The translations under genes and the position numbers were made by a program. Source: Lama guanicoe (lineage: Eukaryota). From it: DNA of 64,000 nucleotides. The DNA lies in assembly GCA_013239625.1 (NCBI GenBank), contig MU054974.1:930001-994000 (forward strand), in the 5' to 3' direction. Of this stretch, positions 1 through 11,938 are shown piece by piece (the stretch's first letter is position 1; each line of letters opens with the position of its first letter). The notes under the pieces were generated by a model. The model saw only the letters and a list, made by a program, of their open reading frames with translations. It was not told the DNA's origin and ran no database searches.

Positions 1-947
1 GAGGCCTCGCTGTCTGCCGCCCCACCCGTGAGCCTCCGGCCTTCGTCCCTGTGGGACCTTGCAGCGTGTGCCCCTCCGGCCGGCAGCATGTCTGTGGCCT
101 GCAGAGATCATTCCCGGTTGTCACTGCTGCAGAGCATCCAGGCGTAGGGACGTGCCCGGTGGCGAGGGGTGTTCTGGGAGTTTCCACGTGGGGGCTGCTA
201 GAAGCTGGGTGGCTGTGGTGGCATGGGGTGTGTGCCGAGGACGTGAGCACCCCTCCGGCTGGCATTTCCCCGGGCAGAGCCCAGGCCTGGGTCCGTGGCC
301 CTCCAGCCCTAGAGGCTCCTGCCGCATGGCTCCCGGGACGTCTGCTGTCTCTCCTGATGGGTGGGCTCCTCCTCCTGGTGCACTTGTGCTTCGGAAGTCT
401 CTAGAAGTGACCCTTGAGGTGCTGTGAGCTGTTGCTGAATCCTGCCTGACGTGCTTAAACACACCTGTTGTGGCTCTCCCAGTTCAGATGCTGACATTCA
501 GCTCTTTTTTTAAGGTTGTTTGATAAAGGAGCAGTCTCAAGCATTTAAGTGCAAAAAAATTCAGAACTAAAAACCTGCTTTTAAAACTGATGGATATAAA
601 CTTCAAGTTCAATTTCAAAATTAAAAAATAAGTTTGGCCACTGAACCACACATTTAAAAATGGGTAAAATGGCAAATTTTGTGAACATTTGCCACAATAA
701 AAGTAAGTGAAAAACTAAATTAAGGGCGGGGAGGCACCTCCAGGCAGTGCAGAGTTGCTCGGTTCTTCTGTTTTTCCCAGGCCATTCCGGTCATTCCTCT
801 GCCTCCGTGATGCTCGGCAGCCGAGGCTGGCCGCTCTGGTGACACCGCCCGCGGAGGCGCTGTCGAGCATTCCTGTCGCCAGGCCCCCTCGGTCTGTGTC
901 AGGGCCCTGCAGGTGCCAGGCCGTGACTTCTTTCTCTGAAACTCCAG

Positions 948-1071
948 GGGGATCGGAAGAGTCGGTGTCCTGTGCTCCTGTGGAGGAGAGCAAGTCCGAA
1001 GAGCAGCCGGGAGCTGAGCTCCAGAGGGAGGCGGAGGCCCGCCCCAGGATCCACAGCCGGCGGTTCCGGGA
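948..1071 (+). CDS. SECISBP2: SECISBP2 internal coding exon (SID C-terminal part, ...RPRIHSRRFR-D)
   Basis: Acceptor ttctttctctgaaactccag| (phase 1) and donor GA|gtgagt (phase 2). Peptide KSEEQPGAELQRE...PRIHSRRFRD matches SBP2. The 5' boundary is less certain than the 3'. Confidence 0.85.
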
Positions 1072-1700
1072 GTGAGTGAGCCGGGGCTGTGCCCGCGCGG
1101 GGCCGGGGACACTCACATTGAGCATTCAACTCTCCGCCTGGCGTGCTCAGCGCAGCAAAGCTGCAAGGCTGGGCCCCAGGGCCCAGGGCCTCGTCATAAC
1201 ACGCAGAGAGCTCCCTGACGTCTTGCGACGTCTCTGTCCTAGTGACGTGATGCCAGAGGTGCACTTGGGGAGACGGGTCGTGAGGTGACAGGCCATGAGG
1301 TGACAGCTCCTGACATCTGGTTTCCCTCTTGTGGTTTAATTTCTCTGCATCGTTTTTTAGGGAGCTGTGCCTCCTTCCTTCCCACTTTCCTGCACCGTAG
1401 ACTCCCTGAGGCGTTTGTTTTCACGGGGAGCAGCCGTGGTCAGGGCGCAGCGGGGCTGTGCTGGAGAGCAGGGTGGAGGTCTGTCCTTGTAGTTGGGGGC
1501 GCGGGAGGATGCCTCTATCCTTACCTTCCTTAAAGTCACATTAGCGAGGAGTTCCACCTTTCTGACTAGTGGTGTTGGTCGAAGCGTGGTTTGTTGGGGG
1601 TAGGGGGGCGTGCTGTCACGTCCCTCATCTGAAGAGTGGCGGCAGCCGCGCTGAATGTCACGGCCGACAGAGAGCTGACTGTCTCTGACGCTTCTTCCAG

Positions 1701-1921
1701 TTACTGCAGCCAGGTGCTCAGTAAGGAGGTAGACGCGTGTGTCACGGATCTGCTGAAAGAGCTGGTGCGTTTCCAAGACCGGATGTACCAGAAAGACCCG
1801 GTCAAGGCCAAGGCCAAGCGCCGCCTCGTGCTGGGGCTGCGGGAAGTCCTCAAGCACCTGAAGCTCAAAAAGCTGAAATGCGTCATCATCTCCCCCAACT
1901 GTGAGAAGATCCAGTCGAAAG
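1701..1921 (+). CDS. SECISBP2: SECISBP2 coding exon (start of RNA-binding/L7Ae region)
   Basis: cttcttccag| ... AAAG|gtaagg. Encodes YCSQVLSKEVDACVTDLLKELVRFQDRMYQKDPVKAKAKRRLVLGLREVLKHLKLKKLKCVIISPNCEKIQSK. Confidence 0.97.
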
Positions 1922-2276
1922 GTAAGGGCGCCGCACGTCCCTGGCGGGCCCCGTGCCTGCGCCGCAGCTGGGGTCCGGCCCAGGCTGCGGCAGCACGGTT
2001 TGTTTTGTGTTCTTGTCATGGAGTAATTTGTTCCCAAAGTTCGTATGGTCCCTAAGGGTCTTGCTCTGTGAGGTGGCCGGGCCCCTGTGGTCCCCACGGT
2101 GTGTATTGGGTTGGCCCCTGCGAGCCTCTGGCGGCAGGAAAGGCTGCACGTCCGTCACGGGGCGTGCGGGGTGCCTCCCCGGTGTGCTCTGGAGCTGGGG
2201 AGGGGCGCTTGCACACACCGCACGGGTTTGTGATGGCAGCTGTGGGCTTCCATCCGTTTTATTTTCTACGACTATC

Positions 2277-2394
2277 TTTTTGGTTGGGGGAGGTCATTAG
2301 GTGTATTTGTTTTTTCATGGAGGCCCCGGGGATGGAACCCAGGACCTCGCGCCTGCTGGGCAAGCGCTCTGTCCCTGAGCTACACCCTCCTCCC
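2277..2394 (-). mobile_element. tRNA-derived SINE (camelid Vic-1-like)
   Basis: - strand GGGAGGAGGGTGTAGCTCAG...GGTCCTGGGTTCCATCCCC with Pol III A/B boxes and an A-rich tail. Confidence 0.8.
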
Positions 2395-5129
2395 TTGTGC
2401 ATTCGAAGTTTACTTGCTCGGTCTGTAAGTCATCCGGCCACTCTTGACTGGTGTGGGTTTGTCCAAGCGCTCGCCCTCCCACTGCAGCTGCGGTACTGGC
2501 TCTGTTCCGTGGGGTGTGGTACGCCGGGCGAGGTGATCACCAGACGGATGCCTGTGATGAAGTCTCCCCGTCGACCCTCGCTGGTCTGTTCTATGTCCTT
2601 CTTGGGCCGCGTGGTAGAGAGGTTGGTAGTTGGGAGCAGAACGCCGTCACTCAGACAGCGGTCCTCCGTGTTGTCTGCATGTTCAGAGTCCCTCCCTGGT
2701 GCCAGTCCTCGCGGGGGTGTAGAGTTCAGCTCGGCTGGAGCCCCACCTCCAGGGAGCCAGTCCAGATCCTGGTGCTCAGCGTTTCCGGTTGCTGCTTCCG
2801 GACTCACTGCCAGCCCCGCGGGCTTGTCCTCGTTCTGGTTCAGGGCAGGTCCAGTCCCCGCCCTCGGGACGGAGCCTCGGGGACCTGCCCGTCTGGCTGT
2901 GTCTGGCAGTGTCCCCCCCGTAGTCCTGTGGCAGGCGCTGGGCGTGACGTGGCCCGTCCCTCGGGCTCTCGGCCGGCTGCCCGGGCCTCCCGTGAGGCTG
3001 GGGGTGCATCGGGCCTCCGGCAGCCTGGTCGGCCTCCCCGCCTCCCGTCGGGGTGTGCCGTGTGTTGGTTCCCAGGCCTCGGGCTGGGAGAAGGGGTGCG
3101 GGCAGCGCATCTGGGAGGTGGGGCTTGGCGTCCAGCCTTCCTGATCTGTGGCTTTTCCACCGTTCTTCCCTGTGCTCGGGGTGCTGGGACGCGCTGCAGG
3201 TTGTGTTCTGTGTCCTCCCCCCGACGTGCCGCTGGGAGCGCCTCCCGGACCCGTGCGCGGGGTGCCGGGCCCGCTGGCCTCCTGTGACTCCCTCCTCTTC
3301 CTTCCACCTCTTTTCTTTTGGTCTTGGTTTCAGTAGAGACTTTCCAGCCCTGTCTTTGAAGCTTTCTGTGGAGGTTTTCATCTCTGGGAGCTGTGTGTGT
3401 CGCAGCTGCTGTTGCCTCGGGGGGATTACCTCCCTGAGAACCGCGGTGACGTGAAGCTTCCTTCTCCGCAAACGGCTTCCCTTTCCAGGGAAGACCAGGT
3501 GGTCTCCAGAGGGACCACCATGGTCTCATGGTGGATGTCTCTGTAGATGTCTGGGTCCACCTGTCTGTTAAGAGCCACTGCAGCTGATGGAAACCTGGGG
3601 GTGTGGCTGGCATTTACAGGCCTGGAGCTGCTCTGTGGGGCAGGGGCTCTCAAACCGCAGTGAGCATCAGAGTCACCCAGGAGGCTGGAGAGGACGCGGA
3701 TACAGCGGCCCCCAGCTCTGCGTTCCTGGCAAGTTCTCGGGTGGTGCTGCTGCTCAGGGACCCCAGGCGGCCACCCTCTGCTGTAGGAGGGTGGCGGGGT
3801 CTCCGCCCTGTTGGAAAGCACCCCAAGGGCCAGCTCTCTGCCTCCACATGCCTTGGAGGAGAACCTTGTACCTCCTGCTGGGAGCGTGGGGTCCAGTGTC
3901 GCTCAGGCCTGCTGCCCAGCGCTGGGGTGGCCGCCTGGGTGAAGTGGGCCTGGGCACCAGCTTGCTGCCACCTCATCTGAGCTGCACCCTGAATCTCTGA
4001 GCTCCCTCTGGACTTGTGAAGCTGGCGCTGCCAGCTAGTTGGCAAGCTCTGGGCGCTGAATTCTAGGGTGTAGGCGGCTGGTCCTGGGTGTTTTCCCCCT
4101 GGCCTAGTCAGCTGTGTGCATCTCAGCTTCCAGAAATGTTTTTGCTCTTCTCTCGCATTCTTCTGGGGATTTTCATCCTTGAAAGACACACCAAAAAACG
4201 GGGATGGATGTATTCATCTGACGGTCCGCCCCGTCTTCCCTGTGAGCCCCACTCCTCTCCTCTGACGCTGGGAGCATGCTGATGGCGTCCCGAGGGCGTG
4301 CTAGGGGTTCACAGTACATTGTGTGCTCATTCATCCCTCCGTTGTTTTGCTTTGGGGCACAAGGAACTTGATTATGTGTCTTACGAATGTTCCTTGATAG
4401 CCAGTGGTTTGCGGTCACTTTAGAGGTAGAACGTAGTGTTACAGCCTGGGATTCTGTTAAAATGCTGTATTTGCTCTGAGCAGCATTTTGCCTAATAATT
4501 CTGAACTTAAACTTTAAGTGGCAGTTGTTTCTCTGAGCATTTGCGTGTTTTAGGTTGAGAAGTCGGCACTTAGAAGTGCTCTCAGCTCTCACTGGAGACG
4601 TGGGCTGGGGGTCAGGAAAGCATCGGACGCTTCCAGCATCTTCTCCCAGGCCGTCAAACAGGACACGCCGAATCCTCCCCAAATGAGGTGTGACGCACGT
4701 GTGAAGTGTCGTGTCATCCACCAGGGGAGCTCCTCAGAGACTCGCGCAGCCCGGGTTTTTACCGGGGCTGGCCATGTGGGCGCCCGCTGCCTGGCATGTG
4801 CCGAGATCCCAGACTCACAGAAGGAAAGCATAACCCTCTGTTCGCTCTCGTGTTTTGGGCACAGGAGCCATTCTCATCAGAGGTGGGGGCGGCGCTCCCA
4901 AAGCCCAAGCTCAGGTGCCAGCCAGGGGTCGGCCACACAAGCTGCCCTTCCTAAGGCCAGCAGCTGCCCAGTTGGCCCTGTGGCAGCTCTTCCCTGCGCC
5001 TGCCGGAGTCACGTCTGCAATCATGTCCGGGCTGGGGTGGGTGCCAGGCGTGAGAGACCACGAGGCCGGCGTCTGAGAGGCTCGGTCAGTGTCCCGTGAC
5101 GAGCTGAAAACACCGCACTGTGAGGAACA

Positions 5130-5452
5130 CAGCCTCACCTCCGTCCCCGTCCCCCCGGCGCCCAGCCTCAGCTCCGTCCCCGTCCCCCCGGCGCCCAGCC
5201 TCTCCTCCATCCCCCCCCCCCTGGTGCCCCCCCTCACCTCTGNNNNNNNNNNNNNNNNNNNNNNNNNNNNNNNNNNNCCCCGTCCCCCCGGCGCCCAGCC
5301 TCAGCTCCGTCCCCGTCCCCCCGGCGCCCAGCCTCACCTCCATCCCCGTCCCCCTGGGGCCCAGCCTCACCTCTGTCTCCCCAGCTCCCAGCCTCAGCTC
5401 CGTCCCCGGCGCCCAGCCTCAGCTCCGTCCCCGTCCCCCCGGCGCCCAGCCT
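5130..5452. repeat. 33-bp GC-rich minisatellite spanning an assembly gap (N at 5243-5277)
   Basis: Unit agcctcagctccgtccccgtccccccggcgccc at 5131, 5164 and 5197, with further copies after the gap. Confidence 0.92.
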
Positions 5453-7625
5453 GCCCGGAACTGGGGCTCTTCTTTAACGTCCGTGCCCCTGAGGGGCTCC
5501 CTCAGCACCTTTCACACTCTTTAGGTGGCCCTGGGTGGGGGTGGGCAGGTTTAAGGGAGGTGGGGCCTACGCACGGATCCCCAGTCAAGCCAGCTGGAGT
5601 GAGTTCCTGGTTCCCACCGAGCAGGGGGACGTGCATTTGAGAAGTTACTCTTTTCAGAGAAAATTGGGCAGTCACACGTGACCAGGTGCCAGGTGACAGG
5701 ACACGCTGGGAAGTCTTCCTTCTCATGCGGGCGTCGTGGGTAGTGTGTGCGCAGGGGTCAGCTTGCTGAGGACCTGGGGCGGAGCCACGCTGTGACCCCC
5801 TTCCAGGCACTAGGCTCAAGCAGCTGGCCGTGCTGGGGGTGGGGTTCAGCGCCTAGTACTGTCCCTTGGCGAGTGAGTCCCCCAGATTGTTCCCACGTCC
5901 CGGACGCAACCCCCTTTGTCATATTTTGACGTGTCCTTGATATTCCGTACGTGCGCACGTGTGTGTGTGAGAGTGTGTGTGTGTGAGATCTGGCATCCTG
6001 GGCCCCAGTTGTGCCTTGCTCTTTTTAGCATCACAGTGTGTTTCGGGACGCTCCCTTTCCTCCGGCCACATAGTCTCTTGCTGATGGACACTTAGCTGCC
6101 TTCGGATTTCTGCAGCCGTCAACAAGGACGCCCTTTTGCACGCCGTGGCTTCTTGCCCGTGTGAATGTCTCTGTGGGCGCATTCCCAGAGGAACAGGGCA
6201 CCTGCACCCGTAAGGCTAAGGCGCGTGCCACCTGCCTCCCGGGCCCCCGCCCGCTTTCCTGTGGGGAGACTTGGAGCACAGTCCGCTTGTGTACGGACTT
6301 GGTGTTTTCTCTGAATTGTTGATTCTCTGCCTTGGGAGGTCTGTCTGTTTTGTGTGCATGTACTGTTTTTTATAGTAAGAGTGCTTTGGGTGAGAGTTGA
6401 GTATTTTTCTGGGTTGTCATTTGCTCATTTTTCTTTACACCTGGTTTTGGCCACGCAGAGGCTTGAGGTGTGTGTGCTGGTGTGTTTACTCTTGTTTTCA
6501 TTGCATCCAGGTTTTATGTTATTCCTCGACCTTCTCCACGATTATCCAAGGTTTGTTTTTCCATTGCTCTTTCCTGGGTTTTCCGTGTTTTCATTTTTGT
6601 GTGCTCAGGGAGAATGTGTTTCGGGTGGGGCCTCGTGGGGGCCGCCCCGCTGTCGCTGCTCCGCCGCCTCCGGGGCTTCCAGATGCCCCTGCTGACCCGC
6701 CCTGCTTCCGCGCGTTTGGGTCATTTCCGGGCCCTCCCTTCTGCCACCCTGCGTCCCCTTACCACGTTCTTGTAGTTTTAACGGAGAATTGACATGTGAT
6801 CACCCTGGATCGTCCATCCCGGAGTCGCGGTGCCTTGTGTGTGGACAGTCTAATCACCAGCACGTTGAAGTTGCTCCGTAAATCCCTCAGTTTCTTGGTA
6901 CGGTGGTTGCCACCTGTTGGGACTCTGGCTGCTGTTGGAAGTGGAGCCATCTCTTCTGTTTTCCGTTCTGGCCGGATGACGCCTGCGTGCGTGCAGACTG
7001 GTGTCTGTGTTACTTGTGCGCAGACACCCAGATGTGATTCCTTGTTGGTTCTGTCCCTGCAGCGCTGCTGGGTTTCTGGCTCGGGAGGCCGTCACCCCAC
7101 ACAGAGCCCCTTCACCCCTCTTCCTGCTCGTGGTGTCCCTGTTCCCCAGCTCCGCCCTCCTCCCCAGCCCCACCGCCACCAGCCCCCAGCCAGGGCCTCG
7201 CTGGGAGGTCAGGTGGAGGGCTGGAGACTCTGGGCAGGTGCCCAGTGACCTCTCAGGCTCCAGATTTTCATCTTTCAGCGAGGTGTAGGGTTTCCTGAGG
7301 ATTCAGGAGCTAATCCACGCGAGGTAGATAGACCGCGGCCTGGCACCTAAGTGTTCACTTCCCGCCATAAACAGCACTCGCTGCTGACTCGACATGGACA
7401 CGCTGATTCCACGAGAGGCGTCTCTTTTGGAGAGTTGGCTTCTTCCCCGTGGCCCAGAGCAGTAATGTACTTGCCCTGGAGTTTCCCGGTGGAGCCTGGC
7501 CCGGGACGCTGGCAGAGGAAGGAGGTCGCTGGGAGTGTTGCCGTCTGGCGGGAAGAGCCCTTAGCGACTGCTGCGGCCAGCGTGCTCGTGTGACGCACTC
7601 CTGCCGTGTCTGTTCCCTCGACCAG

Positions 7626-7780
7626 GTGGGCTGGACGACACGCTGCGCAGCATCATCGACCACGCCTGCGAGCAGAACATCCCGTTCGTGTTTGCGCTCA
7701 ACCGCAAAGCGCTGGGGCGCAGCCTGAACAAGGCGGTCCCCGTCAGCGTGGTGGGGATCTTCAGCTACGATGGGGCCCAG
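7626..7780 (+). CDS. SECISBP2: SECISBP2 coding exon (L7Ae core)
   Basis: accag| ... CAG|gtgagg. Encodes GGLDDTLRSIIDHACEQNIPFVFALNRKALGRSLNKAVPVSVVGIFSYDGAQ; phase is continuous with both neighbours. Confidence 0.97.
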
Positions 7781-8050
7781 GTGAGGCGGGGAGGGGGCGC
7801 GGCCTGCCCGCCAGTGCTCGGGGGAGGTGGGGCTTGCCTGCCTTCCTCCGGGGAGGCAGCCCGCGGGCCCCGGGCCGGAGGCAGCCGCCTTGGCGGCCTT
7901 GTTTCCTTAGCAGCACGGGCTTGGGATTCTGAGAGCTCTGGGCTCACGGCAGGCTGGAGGCATCCCTGTGGAGGGCGCCGTCGCCAGCTTGCAGGGGGCC
8001 GTGTCCTCTGTGGTTGGGGGACATCACCTGTGCTCTCGTTTCTGCCCAAG

Positions 8051-8243
8051 GACCAGTTCCACAAGATGGTTGAGCTGACGATGGCGGCCCGGCAGTCGTA
8101 CAAGGCCATGCTGGAGAACGTGCACCGGGAGCTGGCGGCGGCTCCCGGGCCCCAGGCCCCGGCCAGCCCGCCCGTGCAGGGGCCCGGCCTCTCCACGGAG
8201 GACGGGCCCCCAGCCCCCGCCGGCGAAGAGGAGCAACGCTACA
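8051..8243 (+). CDS. SECISBP2: SECISBP2 penultimate coding exon
   Basis: tttctgcccaag| ... TACA|gtgagt. Encodes DQFHKMVELTMAARQSYKAMLENVHRE...EEEQRY. Confidence 0.96.
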
Positions 8244-8589
8244 GTGAGTGCGGGGTGGGGGGCGGCTGAGCGCCCTCTAGGTCTTCGAGCTGCCTCTCAG
8301 GCCCCATTAGGCTGGGTTCAGACTTGGGAGGGCTGGTCAGCGGGTGTCTCAGACAGACCTCGGGTCAGGCAGCACGCGAAGGGGGTGGCCTTGAGGACAG
8401 CTGTGTCCCCCGCGGGCCGTTGTCAAGGCCGCTGTGCGCTGCGGGGACCGATGCTGCTCACAGGGGTCGCAGTGGGGGGCTCGGGGCGGGGTCCTGGCCG
8501 TGACCGGCCTGCTGGGTGCTGCCGGCCTCCCAGGAGGCCTCCCGGCCTGTCCCTGCCTGTCCCTGAGCTGTGTGCTTTCCTGTTCCCAG

Positions 8590-8693
8590 TTGAAATCTGG
8601 AGAAGGCACCTGGAGGCGTACAGCCGACGTGCCCTGGAACTGGAGACGTCGCTGGAGGCTTCGACCTCTCAGATGATGAACTTGAATTTGTAA
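8590..8693 (+). CDS. SECISBP2: SECISBP2 terminal coding exon
   Basis: ttcctgttcccag| then (I)EIWRRHLEAYSRRALELETSLEASTSQMMNLNL*, the known SBP2 C-terminus; TAA at 8691-8693. Confidence 0.97.
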
Positions 8694-9445
8694 GAAGAGT
8701 TCTGTCCTGTGTGTGTGCATTGGGAGTAAGGAGGGGTTTGAAAGACTTTGGGGCCTTTTTCTTCTCAGATCTTTGTTGACCACGCGTGTTTTTATGACTG
8801 TTCAATTGGAAGCCACCCAGCAGTGTCTGCCGGCGTCCCCGGGCCCCACGGGCGGGCTCTCCGTAGGCTGGCGGAGACCTTTTCGAAAAGCCTTGGGGCA
8901 CAGCTTTGGCCCTTGAGCGCAGTGAGGCTGGAGGGGGCCGGGGGGTGGGCGGCACTCAGAGCACCTGCCGCTCAGGAGACGCGTCGGCGTTGCGGGGCAG
9001 CTGGGCCAGGGTGGCTGTGGGAAGCAGCGGTGGGCTGAGGGGATGTGGCTGGGAGGCTCTGAGTGCCGGTGACCCAGCACAGCCCCGGGGACGCTGCCGG
9101 ACGGGCCCTGCGGGGGGTCAGTGTCGGGACAGAAGGCAGGGTGGGGTGCCTTTCTCAGGATGTGGCTTTTCAGCCAGAAAATTTAGGGGATACTTGAAGG
9201 GTTTGCTACAGTGAGCCTCAGAAGGAAAATCGGTTCTCTGACCTGTGACCTTTTGACATGAATTACTCTGTTTATTCTTAATTTTTCAAAGGAACACTGT
9301 GTATTGAAGTTGCTAAATTTCAGTTTTGATAATCTTCAGAGTCTTTCTTTTGTAAATGAACACATCCTGGATGTGGTCTCTGTCCTAGAGGCCAGAAGGA
9401 CAGCAGTCACTCCTGTGTTTTCCTGGAAGAAGCTTATTTATTTTG

Positions 9446-9451
9446 AATAAA
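9446..9451 (+). terminator. SECISBP2: Probable SECISBP2 polyadenylation signal (AATAAA)
   Basis: First AATAAA I found after the stop, ending a U-rich 3'UTR. A second AATAAA lies at 10114-10119. Confidence 0.7.
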
Positions 9452-10474
9452 GAGTGATTATTTAACTTCGCTGGGGGCTCTGCCTATCTCGGGCTAGTCA
9501 GCGGTCCCCTTGTCCTGATCTGGGACTTCAGGGCATCGTCTCTGAACGGAAGGGGGCCGAGCAGGGAGAAGTTCCCTGAGCCCAGACTCACACCTCCTGG
9601 GTCTCGCAGCAGTGACTGCTGAGCGTCAGGCCCTTGGCGGCCCCGTTGCTGACCCGCCTTGTCCAGCCGCCCGCGTGCCTGTCACGTGGGAGATGGCGGG
9701 AACAGACTCTGCTCTGTGCTTGTCAAGCCAGCAGGGCTTGCGTGGGCCTTGAAAATGCTGAGTCGGATGCAGTCACGCCAAGTGCACTCCTGAGAGTGAG
9801 TGGCCTGTGACGAGCAGATAACCGTGGGACAGTGAGTCGGAAACGAGGCCGGGGCCGGGAGTGAGGTGGGGGCCGTCTGTGCAGCACTGATCTGCCCTCT
9901 CATCCGGGACCCCTGTTGTTCCTAGTGTGCGCCCTACTCTTCCGTACACTTTCTGAGCTGTTTAAACGGGTGACGTGCCACCTGGTTGACCAAGCCCTCC
10001 GTCCCGTCCGCGGGTTTCTCCCCAGGAGGAACCAGTGCGGTCTTCCCTGCCCACGCTGTGTCAGCACGTAGCAAGTCGACTGTAGTAGGTTAGACAATCA
10101 GAGATTACTTGAGAATAAAGGTTCCAAAATGAATTTGTAGGGAGAAAACTAAACAGTTGTCAGCTGCACCCAGCAACCTAGAATCATAAAAGTCTCTGCT
10201 GGAGACGCGGGGCTGCCAGAGCGCCCGAGGCCTCGGGCCGAGGGGTGTGTGCAGGTGAGCTGAGCGAGGGGTGGGGTTTTAACATCGCCTTCGGCTCCCG
10301 AGGGAGCCTGCTGCTGGTGTGACTGACCGCCCGGTTGCCCTGGTCGTGCTGCCACCTTCCTGGCAGGGGCCACCACTGCAGGGGTCACAGCGACCCACGC
10401 TGTGCTGACGGTGCCGCAGGGACCCACGGGGCCTCCCGGGTGTAAACACGCCTCACAGAGCAGATGTAGAACTC

Positions 10475-10480
10475 TTTATT
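10475..10480 (-). terminator. SEMA4D: Probable polyadenylation signal of the SEMA4D alternative (secreted) isoform
   Basis: TTTATT on + (AATAAA on -), about 1.46 kb downstream of the alternative stop, followed on - by GU-rich sequence. Confidence 0.6.
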
Positions 10481-11098
10481 TTTTTCCAACAATTCAGAGA
10501 ATCAGAAGTCAACCTCGTAACCACATTCCCCACCCGCGCACGGCCCGTCGATGTGACGGTGACCTAGTGTTTCAGTGCTGTGGGTCGTGGAGAAGGGGGG
10601 CTGACAGCAGCAGGAAAGGGCCCAGCTCAGTGCAGCTCGCTCAGCAGCAGTGGTGGCTGGAGCCACGTGCGCACAGGAGTCACGGCGAGAGCTGAGGGAG
10701 GTTTACCAAAAACTATGTCCCTGGCTGTGATGCTCTGTGGGCCAGATCAGCATCTGTTGGCAAGACGGGCGGCGCCTGGGCAGGAGGGGAGAGGGGTAAG
10801 GCGGGGTGGGCCGCCAGGGCGACCTGAACCCGAAAGCCAGCCATCCTGAGAGCCTTGCTCACATCGGATCCTGGAGGTGACTGGCCGGAAGTGTGTGCTA
10901 CTCCGTAGGAAGGTGCCCAGCTTCAGAACAACGGGGTCTGGAAAGAGGCTGCGTCATGAGGCTGAGGAGACCGGGCTCACAGGAGAAGCAGCGCTTTGTT
11001 AACAGAAGTTTTGGTTTTACAGTAGACTGCATTCCGGTAAAAGCTGTCATTCCACAAGCAGATGTCTGCGAGCTGCTGGGCGGAGCAGCGTTAGGCCT

Positions 11099-11253
11099 GG
11101 GCCCTCGTGCTCACACGTGCACACGCTTGCACACACACACACACACGGGCCCTCGTGCTCACACGTGCACACGCTTGCACACACACACACACGGGCCCTC
11201 GTGCTCACACGTGCACACGCTTGCGCGCGCGCGCACACACACACACACACACA
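11099..11253. repeat. Three copies of a 46-48 bp unit, each ending in (CA)n
   Basis: gggccctcgtgctcacacgtgcacacgcttg(ca)n starting at 11099, 11147 and 11193. Confidence 0.92.
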
Positions 11254-11938
11254 CGGTCCCGGCTGCAGTGTGGACCGGAGGCCCCGCAGCTCAGCCTCGT
11301 GGGCTCGCCCCGCTGTGAGAGGAGGGGCCGCGGCCGGGGACACGTGCACAGCTGGCCTGCTGGCTCTTCCCTGCAGGCGAGCCTGGTGCCCAGGCTGCAG
11401 CCGCGAGGACAGGTGCACGCTCGGACCTCTAGCGGGCAGGCCAGAACTCGACGGTCTCCCCACGTCCGTGTCAGCTTCTGGGTTTGCACCTTCGCCCTCA
11501 AGGTTTAAGAGAAATTCCTGTCATTTGGAGCCTCACCTCCCCTGTCGCTGGGCGGCGTTTCTTGGAGTCACATGGCTAAGTGAAGGTGGCGAGAAGCAGC
11601 CGTCAGGAGGGGCCACCACCGCCGGCTGCTCCGGGGGGCGGCCCGCTCGTGTGGTCACATGGCGTGACCTGAGGAGGAGACAGGAGCCATCACACACGCT
11701 ACTGTCTGAAGCAGTTTCTGTTTGTAGCTTGTTAGTCGCCTTGGTTTCCTGCGTCTGCCAGACAGGCCCTCCTGTCCCCTCTAAGCACCTAAATAAGAAG
11801 GAGACATTCTGGCAACTGTCGCGGGTCCACTCGGGGCTCCAAGTTCTCTGCGCAGCCCGACGGCAGTGTCCGGCAGGCGGGAGGCTTCGCCAGGGTGCAT
11901 GGCAGCGTGGGCTTGGGGTGGGCACTGCCTCCTGGCGC

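Noticed and set aside
763-912. Strong-looking splice acceptor ttcttctgtttttcccag at 763-780 upstream of the SECISBP2 exon
   Set aside because: With the expected phase-1 upstream exon it gives a frameshift and an early TGA. At most a poison or cryptic site; unsupported without RNA data.
2068-3144. 358-aa + strand ORF in a SECISBP2 intron
   Set aside because: Non-ATG start, runs through a SINE, low-complexity G/P/R/S/A composition and no recognisable domain; expected at this GC content.
5130-5452. CRISPR-like repeat array
   Set aside because: Eukaryotic DNA, with contiguous tandem units and no unique spacers.
8794-8827. SECIS-like hairpin in the SECISBP2 3'UTR (ATGAC-11 nt-AAG loop), tempting as autoregulation
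   Set aside because: The 3' arm reads TGTC rather than NGAN, so the GA quartet/kink-turn cannot form. The upper stem is weak, and the exons in view have no in-frame TGA (the stop is TAA). A SECISearch run would be decisive.
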